Positions 12,235 to 22,800 of a DNA stretch of 39,624 bases are shown here, piece by piece. The stretch lies in contig JBHGNT010000283.1 in NCBI GenBank assembly GCA_043228905.1, positions 1 through 39,624 on the forward strand, given 5' to 3'. How positions within the stretch are numbered: position 1 is the first letter of the stretch; each line of letters begins with the position of its first letter. Both the position numbers and the translations under genes were made by a program. The stretch comes from Azolla caroliniana (taxonomy: Eukaryota > Plantae > Polypodiophyta). The notes beneath the pieces are model-generated. The model worked only from the letters and a program-made list of their open reading frames with translations, had not been told where the DNA came from and did no database searches.

Positions 12235-13822
12235 TGTCCTCTACCGAAGAACTTAACATGTCCCAAGAAAAGAAAAAGAAAAGTTTCTTTTAGAATTCCA
12301 AAGAACAGTTTCACTTAGAACACCGTATACTTGGATCAATCATTAACGTCTTCTCTTCAATCGATAAAGCCAAGTTCACATTTAATGGATACTTGTCTAA
12401 TCACATGTGTCTTGTTTTCAAAGCACCAATTCACATCAAGCAAAAAAAAAGAGATAAGTCTTTCTTTACGTATTGCATCTTGGGCACATGGACGACAATT
12501 TATCCGCTACTTTATTTAATGATTTATCTAGAGAGAGAAGAGAGAGTTCAAGAAGAAAAAGAGACTTGGAGAAAATGTGTCATTTCTTGTTCAATGTATC
12601 TAGAATGCAATGAAGATGAATCATAATTTCAACTCAAAAAAGGTAAAGGAAAGTATTGTGTGTGCCAGTTGTGTAACTCTACTAAGAGGACACATTCATC
12701 CCAACTATGAACTCTCAAGTTTGCCCTACACAAATTCAATAAATGAGCCTCACCCACCGTCATTAAAGAAAGACATGTTATTGTACTTGTCCAATCTATT
12801 ATCCGATCATTTAGACACTTTATTTATAGTTCAACCAATATTTGACCTTGAAATAAACTAAACTTTCTTCTTCTTTGTGCTAATTTGCGAGAAGGGTGTT
12901 AAAGATGTGAGCAGAACCATAAGGGTCCTAAACTAGGTAAGTTAGGATTTGTTGTTGTTGACTTCGTAGTGTTTCCATGACCGAAGTATATGCACAATCA
13001 CATATCCGTGTATACTTGACAATTTCCCCTCTCGGTATATCTTTATATGCATATGTTTTATAAACTCTTGTTTTTATGAGTGAGTGCTTAAATAATTTTA
13101 ATCAAGTGTATCTAAAAATGTGTGTACCCAAGAAGGTGCAAAAGTGTGTATATGCATATGGTTGTTTTTGTGGTTGTGTGTTTGCATATCAATGTGTGAG
13201 AATTAATGTCTTTGGTTGTAAATTTGTATGAGTAAATATGTGCATGTTTATAGGTGTTCACGTGTGTAACTTTCTGTGAGCATGTATTGATGAATGTGGA
13301 ATCATAATTGTGTTTCTATGGATGTGAATGCGAAAGTTTGATTATGTTTGTATGAAAGTTTGGATTTTCAAATGTGCTAATGTGAATGTTTTTGTTTATG
13401 ATACGAGAGTATGGAGACATGTGTGAGAATGTGCTTATGGGTGTCTAGATATGTGAAATGCATCATTATGATCCTAATTGTGCAGATGATCTTTTAGTGG
13501 TCTTCTAATGGATATAGTTGATGATGTATGGCAGCCAAAATACCCTACCCCCTTGCCCTTTTGGGAACAATTAAGGATTTTGTAGAAATTTAGGAACAAA
13601 CACACACACATAAAGATAGAGATATGCTTGAGATAATATCTGCTAGAAAACCCCAAAGTTTTTCTTTTCCAAAACAAAATATCCTTTCATTAGTTTAAAA
13701 AAAAGGTCATAATAGCTACAACATACGATATATTTTTTCCCAACCCCTCTTGTGTAAGACAATGGCTAAGGAAACAAGTCAATGTACTCCAAAGTAGAGG
13801 AAAACATCAACTAATTTGTAAG

Positions 13823-14310
13823 CTATTCCATAGACACATTCCAAGCTATTCCATAGACAACAACAAAAGTAGTTGCATCCGGAGACAAGCCCTCACAACT
13901 CATAGATATGAACCATTTCAATGCTTCTTCAACATGCTCATGTTCAACATAATTTGCCATCAACACATTCCAAGCAATTCCATAGACAGAAACAAAAGTT
14001 GCAGCATCCAGAGATAAGCCCTCGTAGGTCATAAATTGGAACCATTACAATGCTTTTTCAACATGCTATATCCACCAATGCAATTCCAATCAATCTAGTA
14101 CCTTTATCCAAAAAATCGAATGCTACCACAAGCTTTCAAGGTAAAGAACATTATATTCCATGCCTCTACATCTCGGTTTTGAAGGTGATCAAATACATTT
14201 TGTACTTCTTCAAGACAACCACATTTCACATACATGTTTGTAAACACAAAAAGAATGCTTCCTCTTTCCACATCAACCATCTTGGCGGTTACCACCAAAT
14301 TCCTGCACAT
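13823..14310 (-). pseudogene. PLS-class pentatricopeptide repeat (PPR) gene fragment
   Basis: NMYVKCGCLEEVQNVFDHLQNRDVEAWN and AWNVLMANYVEHEHVEEALKWFISMSCEGLSPDATTF are S/P-type PPR motifs. Frameshifted and internally duplicated. Confidence 0.8.
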
Positions 14311-14955
14311 ACAACAACAAAATAAGTCAAGTTTCCTCCTCTCCTCTTGAGACTATGCTTCGGCCCCCGCACCATCATTATTCATCCTTATCCAAAACAT
14401 AAATTTTGCTTCATTAAGTCCACATCAACCATCTCGCTGATTATCGCCAAAATCTTGTACATACAATAGCAACACAAGACTAGTTTCTTCATAAGCATAT
14501 GCTTCAGCCCCACACCATCATCACTGATCCTTATCAAAAACATAAAATCTGCTTCGTTAAGTCCACATTAACCATATTGCCAATTACCATTAAAATCTTG
14601 CACATACAACATAAAATGAGTGTAGTTTCCTCATCTCCTCATGAGAATATGCTTTCACCAACACACCATCATCACTCATCCTTATCCAAGACATAAATAT
14701 TGCTTCATTAAGTCCACATCAACCATCTCGCCGATTACCGCCAAGATCCTATACATACAACAAAAAAATGAGTCTAGTCTCCTCATGAGAATATGCTTCA
14801 GCCCCCACACCATCATCACTCATCCTTATCCAAAACATAAAATCTGCATAAAATCTACTTCATTAAGTCCACATCAACCATCTCATTGTCGACCATTTAC
14901 CACTAAAATCCTGTACATACACAAACACAATGAAAAACAAAATGACACTACTCTC
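14270..14955. repeat. Tandem repeat, ~150-bp unit, about 5 diverged copies
   Basis: Marker CCACAT(C/T)AACCAT recurs near 14270, 14420, 14562, 14714 and 14869; CACCATCATCACTCATCCTTATCC recurs in phase with it. Confidence 0.85.
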
Positions 14956-16201
14956 CTCATTAAAATATGTTAGAACACTCAACACCAGCATCACCCATCC
15001 ACCATATTTTACAAAATTTTCACCTTTTCTTATGCATCTTTTCCGTCGTTCCTTTAATACTATCATACTCTCCCTTAACTGCGTGTACCAAGTTGTCCCA
15101 GAACATCTTAATCATATCCACCACATTGTACTCGATGCCTTCATATTTCTTGTTGCAATGACACTTCCACCACACCCATAAAGCATTAATTGAAACAATA
15201 TTCCAAACAAAATAATTTCTAAAATATTTACCACCAAGAATGTGAAGGAGAACTGTTTCAATTCAATTCTCCAACACATGCAATGCTTCTGCGCATTGCT
15301 CCGCCTTGTACAAAGATACCTGCACATCCAAAGACCCCCCTAGAAAATAGCCCCCCATGTAAAAACTGTTATGAGAAAAAATCCTCAATATTCTTCTCCA
15401 ATACTTTCGAGCTACACAACAAGTCCAAAACAAATGTTTCAAAGTCTTCTCTTGTACTTGGCAACACACATAGTGACAATCATCAACTTGTCATTTTAAA
15501 TGAAAACTTACAAGCATAATGAAGTACTAGCCACTTAAAAGAAATTGCTCTCCACGTACATGGTTGAGCCCATAAACTTTTCCAATAAGTCGTCAAATAT
15601 TGAAGCGATATAGCACCTGATTCCCAATACTTTTGTGCAACAGGATTTACGCAATGACATTGCATCAAAAAACGTCGACCATATGCCACTGAATACTAGA
15701 AAAAGGGAAGAATCCTACTCTCTTGTTCATTTGTTGCGAACCGTCTAGCCAACCGCCATGCATAATTAGTCGGGTCCCAATTAAGATGTGCCACTGGCTT
15801 ACTTTGGAATAACCATAATTGTATTGCATGGTCCGTCAAAAAAGGCTTGGATCTAAGAAAATCTTATTGTCTAACCGAGCAATAACCCTAATGGTTTTTT
15901 CAGAGGCTAACTGCATAATATCCACTAAATATAAAAGAACAACATCGCCAACCTCATAAAATCTTACTTGGCCCTGGTTAACATATGCCTTGGCACCTAT
16001 TAAAACACCCACATGAGAGAAAAGACCATACCACGTATAAGTATTAGCCAAATTAATTTGCCTTTGACAATTCTAAAAAGCCAACTGAATCTTATTGAAC
16101 ATCAAAAAAACCCCATGCAATGAGGATAAGAATTGGTTTTTGTCCTCCAACAAGACCAGTTGAAACCGCTCCCAAGTAGCCACAGATGTAGTTGGTCCTG
16201 A
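14955..16201 (-). mobile_element. Third LINE, 3' segment (zf-RVT region), degenerate
   Basis: WKSLWAQPCTWRAISFKWLVLH and CQVQEKTLKHLFWTCCVARKYWRRI. Interrupted at 16201 by the gypsy insertion. Confidence 0.75.
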
Positions 16202-16637
16202 TGTTAACTCTTCGGGCCGGACAATGGCCTAACACAGGGTGTCTACGGGAGACACTTCACCAAAGGGTGTTACAGCAACCAGATTAGACTTCAACGCTTA
16301 ATCCTACTTGATTAAGTTACTTATTATGATCGTCTTTCATAACACACGCGTAAGATATAACAATTAAGATAGAACGACAATTAACACAGAGAGATAACAA
16401 TGCTTAAGCTTCCATTAATTAACCGCCAATGATTACATTGTATCCGGGCCTTTAAATAGGTTTTCGGTCTGTATTACAAAACGGTGCCATCCGCACCTGT
16501 TCGGGATCGGTCCGGATCCGGAACGGCATACCGTTTCCGGTGCGTCCGTCCACACTCATAGCTTAATTACAACCACATTCCTACTACTTAAATAACTCTC
16601 CGTTTCCCACTCTGGACTCCTTTGCCGACCGGTAACA
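16202..16637 (-). repeat. 3' LTR
   Basis: Direct repeat of 25211-25646; I count 7 substitutions, all transitions, and no indels. Confidence 0.97.
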
Positions 16638-16639
16638 CA

Positions 16640-16656
16640 TGGCACGCCCGTGGGAC
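16640..16656 (-). other. tRNA-Arg 3'-end-like sequence (GTCCCACGGGCGTGCCA) occupying the PPT position
   Basis: Lies 2 nt before the 3' LTR on the sense strand. Matches, as I recall it, the plant tRNA-Arg(UCU) 3' end GTCCCACCGGGCGTGCCA with one base missing. No purine tract nearby. Confidence 0.7.
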
Positions 16657-16691
16657 AGTACCTTGTACGTCGACTCCACAACCGACCCTTG

Positions 16692-19600
16692 CTATTCTTC
16701 GTCCAAAATGTCCAGAATGCTTTGTTCGAGAGGCTCCAATGGTTCATCTGGAAGTGGTTGTTGTTGCTGCTCTGTTGATGTTTGCTGGGGCGGGTCCGTT
16801 GGTGGTTGCTGCGGCTGCTCCTCCGTTTGTGGCTTTGACACCGGCGTTTCCGTCGTTGCTCCCTGCGTCGTAGTGGTCTCCGGTTGACTGGTTCCCGGTT
16901 GGCCCTCAGCCGGCGATGGTTCCTCATCACTAAGGTTCACCGTTGCCGCTTCCCGTGCTTTTTCTTCCCGAACCCGGGACCGCTCGTAGCTTTCAAACTA
17001 GATTTGAGCGTCCAGCCTATCATCGTCTAGCTGAGCTACGAGCTGCCTGACCTGCGCCAGCTGTTCATCTGCACGAACTTGGAAGTCGTCGGCCAACTCG
17101 TCCCGTATGGCGGTGAAGTCCTCGGAAGTCAACGTATAACAATCATCTCCTTCCTTCCGCCGGTTTGCCACATCTGCCCGTAGCAACTGGAGTTTCGCCG
17201 CGTTTTGTGCCCACTTTGTCCACCATTTTACGGAGCTTTCATCAATCAAGTGTTTTGTCTGATTCAGCCATGCCCGGAGGATGGACTGAATCTGGCTCGT
17301 TCCCAATTGCGATTTGGTTTCCGCCGCTTGCCGTTCCTCCTTCAGTTGTTTGATGATTTTGACGTTGTCCTCCGCCTGCACCTTGTAATGCATCAATTGC
17401 CTTTGATATGTGCTTTGTAATTTCTGCAATACTGTTGACGCTCTTTCTTTGTCTTCCTACTGCTGCCTCTGGAGCTCCATCCGGACCTTCTCCGCCTCGT
17501 CCAAGCGTCTTGTATTTTCCGCCCGTTCGTCGGCGATCGCCGTCGCGGCCCGATCAACTGCCTGCTGGAGCTCGGCCATCCGTTCTTTATGCTCCGTTTC
17601 CAGCCGTTTGTAGTCCCGGTGCAGGTGCTCAAAATCATCCGTCTTTTGCTTGAGCCGTGCATTGATATGATGCCGGGCCCGGTCCTCGCGGTCCTTTTGC
17701 TGGCGAAGCTCTTCCTTTAGCCGTTCAATCTCTGTTTTCGCCGTTTTCCGCAGCTTGTCCTTTTCCTACAGCACTTTGTCTTTCTCCTCCTTTAGCCGGT
17801 CGTACGCTTGATGGCCTTTCCGGAGGCTCTCCTCTGCCCGACGGAGGTTCTCAGCAGTCTTCTTTAATTCGGCTTCGGCCGCCGTCTTCAATTCTCGTTC
17901 ACGGCTCCTTAGCGCTTCTTGTGCGACAAGTTCATCTCTCAATTCCGCAAGCTCCTGGGCTTGCGCCACATCTCTCGCCGGAACGGTTTCTGTTGCCGGG
18001 GTCTTATTGATATGTACAGGTCGTTCCGTTTCTTTATTCTGTACACTTACCGGAGTCACCGGTGATTGGATCTGTGTTGCCGTTAAGGCCATTTTGGCCA
18101 TCTCTGTCGTGACCTGATCCAAGTCTTTTTCAAGGCACCGGATTCTGGACTGGGCCGTCTCTAGTTGTTCGGTTGTGACGAGCAACCGTTCGCTTTGCGC
18201 TCTTTCTTCCGCCTCAATATACCCCACTGCTCCGACAATCTGTTCGCTTATCCACCGGAGCCACAGGCTACCGGTGCCTTGTTGTGCTTGCACGGATGTT
18301 TGACAGATGGGCTCACTTGTAGAGGGGTGGTCCCGCCTGGTTGCGCCGAGTTGCAGTTCCGTTTCTGCCCATAGACCACCCTGCTGTCCTGGTTCCCCTT
18401 GCGCTTCTTCTTGGCTGACCGAGGGAGGCTGCATTGACCTTTCCGGCTCTGGCGGGATGGGACTTGCCGGTGTTGCCGGTGGTGCCGGGGCTTCTGTTTC
18501 CGGTGCCATATGCACCGGTTCCGGTTCCTTCCTTGGCGTGGGAGTCTCACTACGGGGAGCCGGTGTTCCCTCCGTCTAAGGGTCCAAACGTTTCCGGGCT
18601 GTCTCAACGGTCCTTGCCGACGACCGTTGCTGGAGGTGCTCCGTGGGCTCCTCCTCTATTTCCTCCTCCTGAGCTCCGGCATTGAGTTTTGCTGCCAAGC
18701 GGTCCGCTTCTCTATTCACCAGTCGGCGGAGTGTGACCTTTATGGGGCCGTGCCGGTGGTTCCTCCTACTCCTCCGTTGGGCGCTTTCGGCTGCCGCTTC
18801 CTGCTGCCGCCTGTTCTGCATCCGCCGCCTTTCCCTTAGTGGCCTTAGAGGCCAACAACTGTTGTCGTTTGGAAGCCGTCTTTGGGGTGCCGTCCGCCAC
18901 TCTTCCTCGCTTCTTGGGCTGAACGGGCTGGACGGGTGGCACAAGCAAGGTGAGCCACTGCGTTACGGCGTGCCATATCCTCCCTCCGTCTCGGCCTTCT
19001 TTGCTGTCTTTGCCTCTGACGATCTCGATCGCCGCACACAACCCATCTGCGATCAATACCGGCCAATCCACCTTGATCCCTTCATAGGTGGCGATGATCA
19101 TCCCTACCCGGTTCTGCGGCATGACAGGGGGTCTAGGGTACACGTGGCCATATTCATGGAGCACACGAGCAATTTCGCGGAACAACATATCTCCGCCGCC
19201 CTGTGTCCGGTAGCCCTTGCTGGCTAGAGAGTACTCACCAAAATACCTGATGAGTTGCTCCGGGGTTGGATTGTCGATCATGAGTATGCCTCCCTCCGGA
19301 AGGCCTGTTAACGCTCGAATCGCCTCTGCCGTTATGACCTCTGTATTGATTTCCTTGATCACTTTGTCGGCTTCTTTGTGTGGCGGTACTTCCATCATCA
19401 TCAAGAAGCCCTCGAGTCCGTGTTGCTTTAGCCATGTCTTGGCGGTTTCCGACAACGTTTGCAGGTCCATGTCTGTGTCGAGGTCGGATGGCGGTGGCGA
19501 GGTTGGATGGTGATGAGAGTGAGGTTGAGAAAGAGAGAGTTCAGAAGGCGGGGGTTCTCTGTGCGCAGGTTCTCGTCTGATGATCTTGCAGCGTCTTGGT

Positions 19601-19692
19601 GCTTCTGTGCTCCTGGGTTCGCGAAAGTAGAGGGTCTCTACGCGCAGTGGTTTTTGTCTATGCATTCTGGCGCCTTTTTCGAGTGTGTGCAT
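16692..19692 (-). pseudogene. Extra ORF downstream of integrase (~1000 codons, sense orientation; globular N-terminus, Pro-rich linker, long coiled coil), disrupted
   Basis: ORF-track pieces 18944-18576, 18515-17766, 17429-16998 and 16940-16692 share one frame separated by stops. Piece 19692-18766 joins by one frameshift. Long E/K/R/Q/A-rich helical stretch. Confidence 0.75.
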
Positions 19693-19848
19693 GTCGTGTA
19701 CTAAAATAGCATTATGTCCTGTGGTGGCGCTTTAAATGCCCACTACGTACCTTTTCGCTCCTCGCTCTTTCATCCATTCATTCCTCGCTTTTGCATGATT
19801 GTTTTTTTTTCTTTTTTTTTTATAGTTATTATTATTATTAGTGTGACG

Positions 19849-22800
19849 TCACTTGTCTGTTGGTCCTCTCGGACCCTTACCGGCCTCATTCTCCCCAGTT
19901 ACCGGCTCGCCTTCTCTGCCGTCTTGGTGGTTGCCGTTTCCCTCACTGGTGTCGGTCCTTTGCTCAAATGGGTTCTTAGGCATCGGTCCTCTATATGCCT
20001 TCAACTGGAATCCGTTGACCCATTTGCCTAGTACTTTGCCGGCAAGTGTCCCTAACTGGTAGGACCCATTATACTCCTGTGTTAGCCAATACGGTCCGGT
20101 CCATCTAAACCGTAGTTTACCTGGCATCTTGCCCATCCGGGTTTGGAATACTAACACCGGTTTGCCGATTGCGAACATTTTTTCGTTACCTTTCCTGTGC
20201 CGGTCGACAAATGCTTTCCGTCGCCGTTGCTCCAATTCTAAATGTAGGATGCTGGCCAATCGTTGTTCCTCGAGCTCACACAGCGCTGTCAACCGTATTG
20301 CCTTCGACTCCTTCTCGTTCAGCCGTTCCCGTAGCTGGATCCGTAAGCTGGGTACTTGGAATTCTACTGGCATTACCGCCTCGAGTCCGAACGCTAACCG
20401 GAACGGTGTTGTTCGGATGCTCGTTTTGTATGCCGTCCGGTATGTAGCTTTGTGTCCCAATCCGTCCGATTTTCGTTGACGATCTTCCGGAGGATATTCT
20501 GGAGCGTCTTGTTTGTTGATTCCACTAAACCGTTCGCCTGTGGATAGTAAGGTGTGCTTCGTTTGTGGACAACGACATAGAATGTCGTCAGGCTTTCCAC
20601 TACTTGGCCGACAAAGTGCCCCCCTTGGTCACTTATTAATTCAATTGGGCATCCGTAACGGCACCAGATGTACTCATATAGAAACTTCGCCGTTGACGCA
20701 GCGGTGTTATCCCGTAAAGCTTTGGCCTCCACCCATTTCGTGCAGTAATCCGTAGCAACGATAACGTATCGATTACCCGTTCTCATTGTCGGTGGCTTGA
20801 ATGGTCCTACAAAGTCCAGCCCCCACTTCTAGAATGGCTCGAGTGGTAGTACTGGCTGGTGTGGCATACGAGCCTGCTCCGTTGGCTGGCCCATTCTTTG
20901 GCATAGGTCACATTCTTTTGCGTACCGTATCGCATCTCTTAATGTCGTTGGCCACCATAGGCCACTTTGCCATATTTTTCTGGCCGTCGCATCTTCGGCA
21001 TAGTGACCTCCGACAACTCCGCAGTGGGCTTCCCTCAGTATCAGTTCCTTTTCATCGCTGCACACCGCCCGTCTCCATATGCCATCCGCGCCCTTGTGGT
21101 ACAGTGTGTCTTGCAGTAAGCAGAAATGTCAGCTTTGCACCGCCAAGTGTTTCTGTTCGTCCCGGTTCATCTCTTCCTGAGGCAGTCCTGTGCTCAGAAA
21201 CTGGTGCATATTTGTGAGCCATTTGTCTTCCTGTGCCACCGTCTCATCTGCTGCTGTCTCCGTAGTGACTCGAAACAGCTCTGCATCCGGAAACTCATCC
21301 GGTACTCCGTCTCCCGTCTCTCCGGACTCTAATCGGCTTAAGTAATCTGCCACGGCATGCTGTATACCGGGTCGGTGGAATATTTCAAACTTGAACTCTT
21401 GTAACAGTAAGGTTCACCGGGCCAATTTGCCGGTGAGTGACGCTTTGGACACCAGGTAAAGGAGTGCCGAATGATCTACATGGAAGGAAAACTTCCTTCC
21501 CAATAAATAATGCCGAAACTTTGTCACACTGTAGATCATCCCTAGGGCTTCCCGTTCCGTGGTAGAGTAGTTTCGTTCTGCTTGGGATAACTTTCGGCTG
21601 GCATAGTACATTGGCCGGTACCATTTTGGCTCCGTAAGCTGCATAAGTACGCTTTCGATTGCGATGTCGGAGGCGTCTACGAACACGTGAAATTCTTTAC
21701 TCCAATCCGGAGGTTGTACTACTGGTGCCTGCGACAATAGTACCTTGAGGGCCCTATACGCTCTATCCTCGGTGTTGGTCCACTGGAATGGTGTCCGATG
21801 TACGGCGGCATGCAACGGTGTAGCCAGGTCGGCTAAGTATCGGAGCATCCGGCTGTGCCACCGGATCTGGCCTAAGAACTGGCTTAATGCCTTTGCTGTT
21901 GCCGGCGCCGGTGCTTCTAATATGGCTTTCACTTTGTCCGGGTCGACTGCAATACCTTCCTGGCTCACAATATGTCCTAATAAAGTTCCACTGGACACGC
22001 CAAATACACACTTTGCCGGATTCAAGCTTAGCCGGTACGCTCTACACTTTTCTAGACAAAGACGGAGGTGCTGAAAATGGTCCTCCTCCCGGCTATAGAC
22101 GGTGAAATCGTCAAGGAAAACCTGCATAAAAGCCGGTATATATTCACCAAAGATTTCCATGATGATTCGTTGAAATGTTGCCGGTGCCGTTTTGAGTCCG
22201 AACATCATCACCACGGCCACAAACACCCCCCATTCGGTGACGAAAGCCATTTTCTCTTGGTCGTCGGGGTGCATCCGGATCTGATTATACCCGCTGAATC
22301 CGTCTAGGAAGCTATAGACCTCATGGCCGGCGACGGCATCCAACACTCCATCTATGAACGGAAGTGGAAACGCATCCGTTACCGTAGCCGCATTGAGTTT
22401 CCGGTAGTCCACGCAAACTCGAATTTTTCCGTTCTTCTTCGGTACGACTACGATCGGGCTCAGCCATGTCGCTTTCTTTATCGGATGGATAAAGCCAACT
22501 CTTAGCAGTTTGTCGATTTCCTCCTTGACTTTGGCGGCGTAATTGGGATTCATCTGGTACCGTCTTTGTGCCACTGGTTTTGCGTCCTTGCTCAAGTGCA
22601 CCTGATGTTGGTATAACTAAGGGTCAAGTCCTCGCATATCTTCGTATGACCAAGCGAACACATCGCGGAATTCCGTGAGAAGTGTGATCATCGCCGTTTT
22701 GTCTTCGGACTTCATCTCCTTAGCGATGTGCACCGGTTTTGCTTCGTCTGTGGTGCCTAGGTTCACCTCTTCCAGTTGCGACGCTTTCACGCACTGTGAA

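Noticed and set aside
12960-13470. TG-rich stretch
   Set aside because: Low-complexity sequence without a definable unit, termini or coding signal.
19849-19990. Chromodomain at the integrase C-terminus
   Set aside because: The tail after GPY/F is short and low-complexity, lacking the aromatic-cage and W-x-G-Y motifs.
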